A DNA stretch of 64,000 nt from an uncultured delta proteobacterium (GCA_963815255.1 CAWFGH010000005.1:453627-517626), one strand, 5' to 3'. Shown: positions 1 through 10,268, counted from the stretch's first letter. Made by a program: numbers and translations. Notes: generated from the letters alone by a model not told the origin.

Positions 1-154
1 TGTCCTCGAAGCTCTCAAGAGCGGCACGCAAGTCGGTGGGCGAGGCCACGTCCTGAGGCAGGAAGTCGTTGACCTGGTCGAAAGTCAGATAACCCTGCTC
101 GCGGCCGAGGTCGACTAGGCCCTGGAGATCTTTTCCTTCGTACTTTGCCTTCAT
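1..154 (-). CDS. RpoD-like sigma-70 factor, N-terminal end only (gene leaves the window)
   Basis: Reverse-strand ATG at 154..152. My translation MKAKYEGKDLQGLVDLGREQGYLTFDQVNDFLPQDVASPTDLRAALESFED resembles sigma-70 region 1.1 (GYLTxDxxNDxLP). It is absent from the ORF track because it has no stop inside the window. Confidence 0.45.
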   Translation of the reverse strand, partial: MKAKYEGKDLQGLVDLGREQGYLTFDQVNDFLPQDVASPTDLRAALESFED

Positions 155-1044
155 GCTTCTTAAGCTTTCGTCCCAGCCGGCGTCATCACCGACTTGTTTT
201 GCGAACAGCACGAGGCGCATGAATCCAGGTTTACGGCCCGCCGCGAGTCGCTCTCCGGACCTTGCGCTGCTGTATTAGGGTATTCGGGCGTTCTCTTCGT
301 TGTAGGTTCGATTTGTCGCGACTGTCTGGATTACATAGTGGTCTTCAACGAGCGCCATGCAGGTCGCGTGTTGTCGCTTTGCGCTGACCCACCCGGATCG
401 AGCGGCGACCCATTCGCACGGATGATGCAGTCCGCCGACCTGCGTTGCGGCGATGATACTTCGCTTCTTTTGCGAGTGTGCGAAAGCGACGCCGATATCC
501 CTCGCACGTCGCCTTTATTGCGGACAGATCTTGACGGAGGAAGGCGCTGCCTACGACCCGCTCGAATTCATCCAGGAGCGCTTCCGCGCGCCCGGGCGAC
601 AGCTCGTCGCTCAGTGCGTCGATTTCACCGAGGGCTGCGCGCAGTAAGTCAAACGCCTGGCAACGGATCATCTTGAATTTGCGCTAGTCTGGTAACCGAT
701 CTTGCCCAAGTTAAAGAGCGCATCTTCTTTGCCTCTGTTTTGAGCGCTCCGTATTGCCGCTGTCGCGTTCGGTGCAACGAAGGCTGCACCGGTTTCCAAG
801 TCAATGGCAACGTACTGGCCGCAATAACGCTTTTAGTAGACGCGCTTGTATCGGTCTTTGTGGATATCGTCGCCCCTGTCTATTTCATGAGGCAATGACA
901 TGATCCATAGTAGCGTTTCTTCGTTGTCTTAACCAGACGACCGTTCGTCCGACGCTGTTCTGAAACCGCCGAACCGATTCGGGTAGGTTCTGACGCTGAA
1001 GAACATCGAGCGCATCCGGCGTACCCGATCTGCCCACCATTTTA

Positions 1045-2157
1045 TCAACTTCGGCCCACGTCCTTCGCCGGCTTGTCGTCACGCAGGGCCACGAATTTCG
1101 AATGGCGCAGATGGTTGACGTCGGTCCAGTCCGCGTACTCGATCTGCGCGACAAGCTGCGGTTTCAGCCAGCGGCATTCGGCCATCTTGTCGGCGGTCAG
1201 ACCCTGACCCCACCTGCCCTTGTCGCGTTGGGGCAGGTTCGAAAATGGGCAGGTCTTGATTTCGAGCTTGTGGAAACGCTCGAAAACCTTCGCCCGAAGA
1301 GCCGGAACGAAACCGGCCCGGACGCGCGCAACGTAGATGAGGTCGTCGCGCTCGTAATAGCCGACGATGATGGAGTCGAAGTTTTTTGGCGCCGGGACGT
1401 AGCCGCCGATCACAAGCTCCTGGCCCTTGTTGATGCGCATCTTTACCCAGGCGCCGGAGCGCCGGCCCGGCTCGTAGCGACTGTCGCGGCGCTTGGCGAT
1501 CACGCCTTCAAGGCCCTGCTTCCTGACCGCAGCGACGATTTCGGCGCCCGTGGCCTCCAACGTTTCCGAAAAGAGGACGTCGGCCTGCATCAGGGGCGTC
1601 ACCTTGGCGCGGAGCAATTCGCGGCGATGGTCGAGCGGACGGTCGCGTAGATTTTTTCCGGCGAGGTGCAAAAGGTCGAAGGCGTAGAACTGAAGCGCCG
1701 TGGCGGCGTGATTGTAGTTTTGCAGGACGTTGAAGGAGGGTCTGCCGGTTTCGTCGAGAGCGACAATCTCGCCGTCAACGACGCTGCCGTCCGGCAGGTT
1801 CGAGAGCGCATTTGCGATGGACGGAAACCGGGCCGAGAAATCATTCCCATTGCGCGACATGAGCCGAACGCGGCCAGCGCTCTTTATTCCGAGCGCCCGG
1901 TAGCCGTCGAACTTGATCTCGTATTCCCAATCCGGCCCTTCCGGCAGCTTCGCTACGGCCAGGCATTGCATCGGCTCGAAGAAGCGGGCGGGTTGCCGGG
2001 CGCGTGTCTTTCGGATCGTGTTGGCCACCGCGATCAGTGTAGCAGCGGGCTCGGGTCGCCGATGGGGGGTAGCAGGTAGCAGTATCGAAGAGCTAGGTTC
2101 CAACAGACCAGCGACGGAGTGACTTCTCCCGTGGTAGAAAACGAGGTCGAGATCCAA
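1045..2157 (-). CDS. ATP-dependent DNA ligase (LigC / LigD ligase-domain type)
   Basis: 370-aa ORF with nucleotidyltransferase motifs KFDGYR (I), DGEIVALD (III), FYAFDLL (IIIa), LEGVIAKR (IV) and WVKMR (V). The true start is uncertain. Confidence 0.85.
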   Translation of the reverse strand: MDLDLVFYHGRSHSVAGLLEPSSSILLPATPHRRPEPAATLIAVANTIRKTRARQPARFFEPMQCLAVAKLPEGPDWEYEIKFDGYRALGIKSAGRVRLMSRNGNDFSARFPSIANALSNLPDGSVVDGEIVALDETGRPSFNVLQNYNHAATALQFYAFDLLHLAGKNLRDRPLDHRRELLRAKVTPLMQADVLFSETLEATGAEIVAAVRKQGLEGVIAKRRDSRYEPGRRSGAWVKMRINKGQELVIGGYVPAPKNFDSIIVGYYERDDLIYVARVRAGFVPALRAKVFERFHKLEIKTCPFSNLPQRDKGRWGQGLTADKMAECRWLKPQLVAQIEYADWTDVNHLRHSKFVALRDDKPAKDVGRS

Positions 2158-3369
2158 CCCAACGAAAAGTTCGCTTGTATGGTGCTCTCGTTTTTTGACG
2201 CGAAGATTCAGAGCCCCGTGGCGGCGGAGCTCGGATACGGATGCAGTCTTTCCCGCTCCCTTCCTTTCTCGTTAACCGGCTGGGTGCACCGATGGCTTGG
2301 AGATTTCATCGTTGAGCAATTGCAGACCAGCCCGCGAGTCGTACTGACGGCGAAGCAACCATCTTCTAACGCCGGAACGTTCGACGGTGAAAATCAGGTT
2401 TTGGCGGACCGGATCGCTCATTTGCTTTGGGGCATATCGGCGGTTGCTGGCGTGCCGATCTTCAACCTCGGGCGTCTGTTCTCAGGGAGTAACGTCGCCG
2501 GCGAGATCAAAATCCGACAGTCGGCAACAGTGGAGAACTTCTATCGCTCGGCGGGCATGCCTCCCATCGTGGGTCTGCGCGAGCTGGCGCGCGCCGTCAA
2601 ATTCGCTCGGCACCTGGATATCGTGATGCGTCGGAAGGCAGAAAACCCTCGAGCCTATTGGCGACTTGTGAGCGGTACGAATGCGTTTGTGAACGGCCTT
2701 AAGAACAAGGACGACGAAGAACGGCTGCATCACTTCGTGCGCGCAATCGAGTCCTTTCAGCCTGCGTCTGGAAGCAGCCGCCGAGACTTCGTTCGCTATG
2801 CAGCCTGCCTCGTCGCGCGACCTCAGTCGGATTCGGTGCGTAAAACTCTTGAGGAAATGTACGACCTTCGTAGCGCTGCCGAGCATCACCGTCATTTTGC
2901 AGAGCGCGCCCTGCCGGGCGTCGAGGCACCCGAGGAGCGTGCTCGCCGTCGGACAAGGCAAGCGGAGGTCTTGGCGCGGGAGCTTTTTAAGAGATTGGTA
3001 GCAAGCGAACCCGACAGTCTTGAGTTCTTTCGAGACGAGCCTGCGGTCGAATTGGCTTGGGCCGAGCCTCGGAAACTGCTTGGGTCGAGCCATTGGACCT
3101 CGATACCATCTCGTAACTCGGCCGACCGGCCGCTCGCGGCGCACGCCCTTCACCGGCTTGTCCTTACGCGGATGAGCTGGGTAAGGAACTGCTCGATAAA
3201 GGCGCTTAACGGGCAACGAACCTGGCTGACTTGTTCTCGCGACTATCGGTCCACGGTTGGGGAGGAATGGCGTGCCGAAGTCAGTATCGCTTTGACAACT
3301 GGCGATTTCGCTAGACTTAGTCTATTCCGCAGGAACGATCGCAGCGAAGAGTTCTCCTGCCGCTCTTAA
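2119..3369 (+). CDS. hypothetical protein with HEPN-like R-x4-H motif
   Basis: 416-aa ORF. The only recognisable signature is MYDLRSAAEHH (R-x4-H). Its 3' end overlaps the convergent gene 3322..4353 by 48 nt, so the ends are uncertain. Confidence 0.45.
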   Translation: MTSPVVENEVEIQPNEKFACMVLSFFDAKIQSPVAAELGYGCSLSRSLPFSLTGWVHRWLGDFIVEQLQTSPRVVLTAKQPSSNAGTFDGENQVLADRIAHLLWGISAVAGVPIFNLGRLFSGSNVAGEIKIRQSATVENFYRSAGMPPIVGLRELARAVKFARHLDIVMRRKAENPRAYWRLVSGTNAFVNGLKNKDDEERLHHFVRAIESFQPASGSSRRDFVRYAACLVARPQSDSVRKTLEEMYDLRSAAEHHRHFAERALPGVEAPEERARRRTRQAEVLARELFKRLVASEPDSLEFFRDEPAVELAWAEPRKLLGSSHWTSIPSRNSADRPLAAHALHRLVLTRMSWVRNCSIKALNGQRTWLTCSRDYRSTVGEEWRAEVSIALTTGDFARLSLFRRNDRSEEFSCRS

Positions 3370-4353
3370 CACTCCCGAACTCATCGGCAGCGCCACGGAC
3401 ACGTCGGAAGTGAATCGGACATCACTCACCGCGGGCGAAATCGGTCCGTCGATCTTCGGAATTTCCATAGAATCGAAGAACTGCAATGATTGGCTCGCCA
3501 ATTCCTGATCAAAGCACTCGTCCATTGCCTCACTCCAACTGGCTCCTAAGGTCGCATAGAAGATGGCGTCAAATTGCATGAGGAGGACAGGGTCGGCGGC
3601 TAGGAGGCTACGAATATCATCGAACAATTGGCGCAAGGAAAGGCCACCCCCAACAGCTTCGACAAAAAGGGATGCGACAACAAGCCGGGCATTGGAGGGC
3701 GGGGTAAGCTGAACGAGCGAGAAGTGGTGGACACGAAGACGATTGCTACTACTCTTGACCTCAAGGCGCTGCCGGCCTCTCAGGAAATCGACGCGCTCAT
3801 ATGGAAGGCTATGCCAAGCTGCGACAAGCATGCGAGGGTCGTTCGCGCTTCGAATAAGCAGCAACTCGGCCCATAACCCTTGGACTGATTTCTTCGCAGG
3901 CATCGCCAGGGCTTGGAATAGGTCGACGAGCCCAGAAATGGCCCGTCGGATGGCGGCCGCCGTTGGTGTCGCTCCCAACATCGTTATTATGGGGGAGAGG
4001 ATTCGCAAAAAGTGCGGAAACAGCGAGGTGTCGGCACTGGCGCATCTGATAATCGTGAAGGTTCCTTCCTCCTGCTGACCGTTGGGATGACCTATCACAC
4101 ATGGGACTCCGTAGGAGACCATTAGGTTCTGGAGGCGAATAGGCGCCGGCCGGGCAGCGGAGGCAGGCTGGCGCAGTAGCAGGCAAGGCGAGCCATTGGT
4201 ATCCTTTGCGAGACGGTAATTCTGCGAGCCGGGGACAGCGACGGCTGATAGACTGCGCCCCGGCGGCAATTCCCGCGGCAAAATCAAAGAGTCGAACAAG
4301 TCACAAAGGTCCGTGCTCACGATTGGCCTCAACGTTGTTCCTGAACGAGCCAA
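3322..4353 (-). CDS. PD-(D/E)XK-motif nuclease-fold protein (last gene of the Dcm/GHKL/Z1 operon)
   Basis: 343-aa ORF overlapping the Z1 gene end by 25 nt. ERVDF...RLEVKSS gives a D...E-x-K arrangement. Confidence 0.7.
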   Translation of the reverse strand: MARSGTTLRPIVSTDLCDLFDSLILPRELPPGRSLSAVAVPGSQNYRLAKDTNGSPCLLLRQPASAARPAPIRLQNLMVSYGVPCVIGHPNGQQEEGTFTIIRCASADTSLFPHFLRILSPIITMLGATPTAAAIRRAISGLVDLFQALAMPAKKSVQGLWAELLLIRSANDPRMLVAAWHSLPYERVDFLRGRQRLEVKSSSNRLRVHHFSLVQLTPPSNARLVVASLFVEAVGGGLSLRQLFDDIRSLLAADPVLLMQFDAIFYATLGASWSEAMDECFDQELASQSLQFFDSMEIPKIDGPISPAVSDVRFTSDVSVALPMSSGVLRAAGELFAAIVPAE

Positions 4354-6563
4354 TCCTCCGCCATATTCCGCGGGATCCAGACCGCTACGGTGGGAACATC
4401 ATCGGCGATGAGCGGCCCTTGGCCTCGCGGTCCCTGGTCCTTTTGTCTGACCTCGAGGATATGAATCTGAATTGTAACGCCTTGTAAGCCACGCTCCCGC
4501 TCGTCTCCAGGATAAACCATGTCCCGATGCGCTGCGTCGGCATAGTTTGCGCCCTGAAACAGAGTCGGGATCTCTTGGCCATCGTTGACGCTACGCTGAC
4601 GGCTCTCGCCTTTTTTCATTTGGTAAATAATGCACGTCGCATCCGCGTGGTCTTCCAGGTAAGCCTCAACCTGTAACAGCAATCCTGTGAAGAGTTGTGA
4701 GTCACGCACCTCGGTCAGCCGCAGGGGAATCAGCAGTTCCTCATAGGCTCGATGGAGCGGAACATCTTCGGCGATGAGGTGGACCTGCTCTCTGGTCCTG
4801 CGCGGATCGCCCGGCGACTCCGTCCACGACAGTTGTGGAATGAAACGGCGAACGGTATTTCGGTTCGCTTCAAGCAACTCCTGTGTTCCATGAGGGACTT
4901 TTGGCCAAAACCAGTCATCCGAAATAACGTCTTGCCTATAGTCAAGATCCAAAACCTGTCGACGCGTGGGACGAAGGCTAGAATCCAGAAAAAAAGCGCG
5001 ACGCCACTCACTGAGCGGTCGCCCGGTGTCGCGGTGTTCCTGGAGACGCTGACGGATGTCCGCTTCATGCTCGACGTAAAATTGAAATGCATTGCGAACG
5101 CTAGTTTCAAGAAATACGCGGCAGTAGCCGAGATATCTACGCTTGTAACCAAAGAACCGCGCACGCTGCTCCATGGTGTCTGCATTTCCGACACCCATGT
5201 CGCGAGGCATGTACGTCACCGTTAGGCCCTCGACCGTATAGCCCCTGTCCATGGCTTGGCCGCCTACCAGAATCCACGAATAACTGTCCTTCCAATCCGG
5301 CTGGGGTGTCGTCGGCCTGGCGTTTACTTCCAACACCCTGGTGTGGCGGATCGAGTACTCAAGCTCGCTAGCGAGGGCATCAAAAGCAGGAAGATCAGGC
5401 ACCGTGTTCGCGAGGTCTTCGTACTCAGGTCTAAATGTGTCTATAAAGCTAAAATGCTCCGGATGATTTGTCGGCAGGCTAAGCAAATCGATCCAGTGCT
5501 GTCTGATTTGGGTGATCCAGTGATAAAATCCTCTATGGCCCGTCGTCTCGCGTGAGGGATGTACCAGCATCGATCGATTCTTTCGGCCCGATTGCTGATC
5601 CTCCGCGAGCGCGAAGGCAGCTGCCACGCCAAGAAAGAACAATCGTAGAGCCACTATGAGAGACGGCGGCACATCCTGAAGAGGAACACCGCGACCAGCA
5701 ATCTCGTTTGGGGGGATAACGCGTACGAGATTTGGATTTTCTTCGAAAAAAGTCTGACCGCCGACATAGTCAGTGCCCGGAGTCAGCAGTTCCACAAAAC
5801 GTGGCGACAGAACATCAATGATGTTGATAAGTAAAGGCGCCTGCGGGGTCGCTGTATATTGCAAATATGCGTGGTGCGGTAGGTTTTGTCGAATAGTGAC
5901 TAAGCGTTGGTACGTAGTGCTTTGCGCTCCCTGTCCAATGCGCGTGTTGAGGCCCGCTTGATCTGCCTCATCATCAATGACGAGAACAGGTAGTGTTGCA
6001 AGGTCGAGATGTTCGAGAACTCTGTTGAGATTCCTTAAATTGGTGGTGTTCTTGAGCACTGTGACAAGCACAGTCTTGCGACGATGTTGTGGAAGTCTGT
6101 CGTTGCGCCAGTCGGCAAGCACGTCGGCAATACTTTGGCTATCATTCGGTTTGGGATTTCGGAACAAGCGCCATTTACGGTTTTCTTGTAGACGAAGATC
6201 TTGCTCGAGCCGACGCGTTGACTGGTCAAGGAGCGGGTTACTGACCCCGGTGATCACAATCACGATGGGATAGCTGTTGTCGCGAGCCAGAGCTGCTACG
6301 GTCGTGAAGGACATGGTTTTGCCGCTTTGCACATATCCGAGGACCAAGCCGGTCGTTGATTCGGACGGACCATGCGGCGGTATACACTTGCTGAGAATGC
6401 TCGTCGCTTCGGCGACTACGCGTTCACTGCTATCACCATCGAGGTTGAGGTGTCCGACGAGTTCGCGCACCTCAGCACCTTGAAGCGGAACCCACAGGCT
6501 GCCGGGTGGCAGCTCGTCCTGAGGGGTTATCGTCTCGCCGCTACCGGAAATCGTGGAACCCAC
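4329..6563 (-). CDS. Z1-domain P-loop NTPase
   Basis: 744-aa ORF with GYVQSGKTMS (Walker A-like) and VLVIDDEADQAG (Walker B/DEAD-like). A GGAGAG RBS sits in the 13-nt gap after the upstream gene. Overall it resembles the Z1 proteins that accompany Dcm genes. Confidence 0.8.
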   Translation of the reverse strand: MGSTISGSGETITPQDELPPGSLWVPLQGAEVRELVGHLNLDGDSSERVVAEATSILSKCIPPHGPSESTTGLVLGYVQSGKTMSFTTVAALARDNSYPIVIVITGVSNPLLDQSTRRLEQDLRLQENRKWRLFRNPKPNDSQSIADVLADWRNDRLPQHRRKTVLVTVLKNTTNLRNLNRVLEHLDLATLPVLVIDDEADQAGLNTRIGQGAQSTTYQRLVTIRQNLPHHAYLQYTATPQAPLLINIIDVLSPRFVELLTPGTDYVGGQTFFEENPNLVRVIPPNEIAGRGVPLQDVPPSLIVALRLFFLGVAAAFALAEDQQSGRKNRSMLVHPSRETTGHRGFYHWITQIRQHWIDLLSLPTNHPEHFSFIDTFRPEYEDLANTVPDLPAFDALASELEYSIRHTRVLEVNARPTTPQPDWKDSYSWILVGGQAMDRGYTVEGLTVTYMPRDMGVGNADTMEQRARFFGYKRRYLGYCRVFLETSVRNAFQFYVEHEADIRQRLQEHRDTGRPLSEWRRAFFLDSSLRPTRRQVLDLDYRQDVISDDWFWPKVPHGTQELLEANRNTVRRFIPQLSWTESPGDPRRTREQVHLIAEDVPLHRAYEELLIPLRLTEVRDSQLFTGLLLQVEAYLEDHADATCIIYQMKKGESRQRSVNDGQEIPTLFQGANYADAAHRDMVYPGDERERGLQGVTIQIHILEVRQKDQGPRGQGPLIADDVPTVAVWIPRNMAEDWLVQEQR

Positions 6564-6576
6564 ATCGTTCTCTCCG

Positions 6577-8135
6577 TTAAGGCTTCGAGAAGGCGTCTCG
6601 TAACAATTGATTTAGATTGCGTCTAATGGTTCCGTATTGAGGCACTCCGGAATCCCGCGCGGTTATCTCAGCAAGCCCGATCGCCGCGGCGACCCTGGCT
6701 AACGCCTCAATTTCTGTAGAATCAGCACGACAGAACTGCTGCATAAAGGGATGTGCAAGCGACATCCGAACAGTGATCTCGCGGTGAGCGCCGCCGGTCG
6801 CAGGCTTGTCCGCAACCGTAATCCAATCTTCAACCGCGGGTCCAACGCCAACTCGATTCTGATCAACCACTTGGCGCCCCGGTGGTCGACTTCTATTTGC
6901 CGCGTACTCGCAGATTGGTCAGGCGGCGCAGACTCCACCAGTCGCTCTAGAAACGGCCGTGCAAGACTCTGCTGCTCTAAGACGGGTGGGACCTCCTTCT
7001 CGACAGTCTCAGCAACCCGGGTGTTGGCCTTCTCGGCTTCAGCGCGAAGTTCGCGCCGAGCCAAACGGGCGCGGAAGTTCTCCGCCTGCGAAAGCAGCGG
7101 GAGACCCTGTTTCTCAAGCTCGTCATATAACAGTTCGAGAAATGGCTGCTCGTGGTCCTCCCACTTAAAGCCATCTTTAGTATGGCTTACCTCGAAGCCT
7201 TCAAGATGAATTTCGCCGATAAGGCGCTGCCTGCGAAAAGAATTAGCAGCACCGAAGATGAACTCTGGCCGGTACGGGTCGTCAAGACTGCCCTCGATCA
7301 AGCGCTTGCGTCTGAATAGAGCGAGTCCGGCTGTTGAGGTGCTTGCAACATCTCGGAGGGCTGCAAAACCAGACGCTTTCATGCCAAGTCCAAAGTCGAA
7401 ATTGAATTCACGATGCCATAGCCTTGGACTCTCCGTTGGCGTCTTGTAGTACGGGGCAAGCAGGATCTTCGGAATCTCATATCTCAATGGCTCGCGGTTG
7501 AACCACAATTCCATCGTCTGTTCCCGCAAAAAGATCCGGTAAATGCTTGCGAGATGATCTTTGATCTTGCTGCCGGTCTTGGTCTGAAGCTTGTCGTATG
7601 GATCGATTAGCGTTATTTCGGTGAAGTGATCATTGACGCTCGCAGGTTGCTCGTCGACGTCAAGCTCCTCGATGGAGTCCCGCACAATGCTGTCGATGTC
7701 TAGTGAGATCGTACGTTCAGCCGCTTCACCGAGCGCAGATGTTCGCACCTTCCAACGCGGTGCGAACCAGCATGCGGCGCTCTTCATACCCATGCCGAAC
7801 TCGGAGAGTCCTGTGCGATCGTTCGGCAATTCTGCTGGACGAAACGCGCGTGCATAATCAGCTGCGGCAATGCCAGCAGCATTGTCTCTTATCTTAATTC
7901 GGACCTCATCAGAACGCTCTATTTCGATTTCGACTTTGAGCCGAAACTGCTGGCCGTGAAGCTGCTGAAGCTTTTCGCGATTTTGTAGGTAACTTTCAAG
8001 CGAGTTGTCGACAAACTCTGCCATCGCGAACCACGCCTTGTAATTCAGGTGCCGAAGAACGGAGAGGATGCCAACCCCGGGACGAATGCTGACGCGAGGC
8101 GGTGGCACGGCCGGTTTTGCTTCAGTTGGCGGCAT
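6577..8135 (-). CDS. GHKL (MORC/MutL-like, HATPase_c_3 type) ATPase, reading frame broken near 6850
   Basis: The 478-aa ORF 6699..8135 carries GHKL boxes EFVDNSLES, IRDNAAGI and SEFGMGMKSA. The plausible C-terminus (VEDWITVADKP...RMSLAHPFMQQF) continues in ORF 6577..6870 in another frame. Confidence 0.75.
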
Positions 8136-9462
8136 ACCTCACGTGCTCAGCTTCAACGGTTCTGAGAGGGCCTGTCGTGCGCGTCAGAGAACGAGCGGCG
8201 TAAGAGCGTAGTAGGCTTTCGCCAATGAGGCGCACTAGATCACTATTAACGGCATTACCAAGAGCCTTGAAAGCGTTGGTGGATGCGGGCGGTAGGTATT
8301 TCAGCTCGTGAAGGCTTTGGAGACGCGCACACTCGCGAGGTGTCATGTAGCGCCGTTCCCACCCGATGATCGGCACTTGCGTCGTGGTCATCGCGATCAG
8401 CGATGGAGCAGTCGTTGGCCGCTTAATGCGCACGCCTGATGCTCGAAACTGAATCACGTAATCCCAGACATTGCGCTTCTCGCCTTTGCAGTTCCATTCC
8501 AGCTTCTGATGACTCGGTGCAAAATCAAGAATGCGAGGGAGCCAAGGCTTTATCCACTTCTTGTGGCGCTGATAGAACTCACGGTTTTGCTGGATGAAAA
8601 GCACCTTCCAATGGGGAAAGGTCTCTTCGTTGGTACGGGCATAAGAAGGCAAGCCATCCATTCGAGCTGCTGGCTCGAACCATTTAAGTGGGAAGCCGTG
8701 ACTACCTCGATACTTAGTCAGCCTTCTGCTTCCCAGCGCGTAGGGCGTTAACTGCTCGAATGGATATGTGGCTCCGAACTCCATCGACCAGATTGGAAAA
8801 GAAGGCAATTCCTCATCTTTCGGAAATGCGCTGATGAAGGCCTGCCAGACCTGGAGGCATTTCTTAACCTGTGGCGTGATCGCCCTCGCGCCTTTCGGAT
8901 CTTTGTCCAAGACGGCGTTTATTGAGAGGTGCGGTTCTCGCGCTTCTTGCGGCCATACAAAATCCGTCAGCCCGGAGCGGCTTCCAACAATGAACACCCG
9001 CTCACGAATCTGTGGAATGCCGTACTGGTGAGGCGACAAGTGCTTGGTCCTAATATCGTACCCGGCCCTCTGAAGGTCTCGCTTTAGCTGCGACCACGTT
9101 TCGCCTTTGTCGTGGCGCTCCAGATTTGGGACATTTTCAAGAATGATGTACTCGGGCTTGTGATGCTTGAGCACACGAAGCACGTGCGCGAACAAGTCGC
9201 CCCATTTCGGACAATCGAAGCCTTGTTGTTCGCCTGCCTTAGAGAACGGCTGGCATGGCGAGCCCGCACAGAGAATGTGATGCCGGGGAATTCTCTCAGC
9301 AGGTATTGTGCGAATGTCGCCATGCGGACATAAGGCGAAATTTTTTTCGTAAAGCTTCTGCAGGTTCATGTCCAATTCGCTGGCAAATACACATTCGTGC
9401 CCCAGGCGCGCGAGTCCGACATGAAAGCCGCCAAGTCCAGCAAAGAGGTCAATGAATCGCAT
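8122..9462 (-). CDS. dcm: DNA (cytosine-5)-methyltransferase
   Basis: 446 aa with FAGLGG (motif I), GSPCQPFS (IV), ILENVPNL (VI) and ALGNAV (X). Confidence 0.95.
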   Translation of the reverse strand: MRFIDLFAGLGGFHVGLARLGHECVFASELDMNLQKLYEKNFALCPHGDIRTIPAERIPRHHILCAGSPCQPFSKAGEQQGFDCPKWGDLFAHVLRVLKHHKPEYIILENVPNLERHDKGETWSQLKRDLQRAGYDIRTKHLSPHQYGIPQIRERVFIVGSRSGLTDFVWPQEAREPHLSINAVLDKDPKGARAITPQVKKCLQVWQAFISAFPKDEELPSFPIWSMEFGATYPFEQLTPYALGSRRLTKYRGSHGFPLKWFEPAARMDGLPSYARTNEETFPHWKVLFIQQNREFYQRHKKWIKPWLPRILDFAPSHQKLEWNCKGEKRNVWDYVIQFRASGVRIKRPTTAPSLIAMTTTQVPIIGWERRYMTPRECARLQSLHELKYLPPASTNAFKALGNAVNSDLVRLIGESLLRSYAARSLTRTTGPLRTVEAEHVRYAAN

Positions 9463-9928
9463 GGTGGCCTCGTCGGGTGCTGTGAACGAGGCTCTCGATG
9501 GTGCGAGCGGTCCGCTCCGGATCTTGGTGAATGTCCATCTCCCAAATTCGAAGGACAGTCCATCCTTCTTTTTCTAACAATCGGACAGTCCGGCGGTCGC
9601 GACTACGGTTTACCTTTATCTTACGGGTCCAATAGGAAGGGTTGGTGCCGCTTTGAAGCTTCTTTGATAATCGCTGCCAATGTCTTCCGTGCCAAAAATC
9701 TCCATCACAGAAAACAGCGATCCGCTCTTTCGAAAAAACGATGTCCGGCTTTCCTGGCAGCGTTCTTACGTTTTTGCGATAGCGAAGTCCGTGTTTCCAA
9801 AGGAGAGTTCGCAAGAGATGTTCGTGCGCTGTGTCGGTACTGCGCGTCATCCTCTTTGCGTAGGAACTGGCCCGAGATGCCGCTGACAGTCCCTTAAAAG
9901 AGGGAACTACTCTTGAGCTTCCACCCAT
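9449..9928 (-). CDS. vsr: very short patch repair endonuclease
   Basis: 159 aa. GKPDIVFSKERIAVFCDGDFWHG is typical of Vsr. The gene overlaps the dcm start by 14 nt. Confidence 0.9.
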   Translation of the reverse strand: MGGSSRVVPSFKGLSAASRASSYAKRMTRSTDTAHEHLLRTLLWKHGLRYRKNVRTLPGKPDIVFSKERIAVFCDGDFWHGRHWQRLSKKLQSGTNPSYWTRKIKVNRSRDRRTVRLLEKEGWTVLRIWEMDIHQDPERTARTIESLVHSTRRGHHAIH

Positions 9929-10268
9929 ATCTCCACCACCCTCACGCTCACCCCTGCGTCTCTATGCTGATTGAACAACTCGTCCTTTTTGAATTTCCAA
10001 ACTTACCGGACCGCGCGTGGCCAGCTTCTCGCCGCGTATATTTTGCTGGTGCCACGTCTAGCATCGAGCCACGGTGCACCAAGGATGAAAGAACCGTGCA
10101 GCTCTGTCCTCGGTCGAGGTAAACCGAACCTTTCCGCGGTTTCCTCGTCGACGGTTGACGCTGTGCTCTCGTTTTCGATAAGGACTTGACTCATAGCATG
10201 CTGACTGTACACATACCCGGTCTTTTGCTCTTCTTTTTCCTTAATACACCACAAAACGCCATACAGCG

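Noticed and set aside
345-671. 108-aa minus-strand ORF (and overlapping plus-strand ORFs 194..676)
   Set aside because: The first half looks helical and protein-like, but the second half is Arg-rich and may be out of frame. I recognise no motif, so I could not decide which frame, if any, is real.
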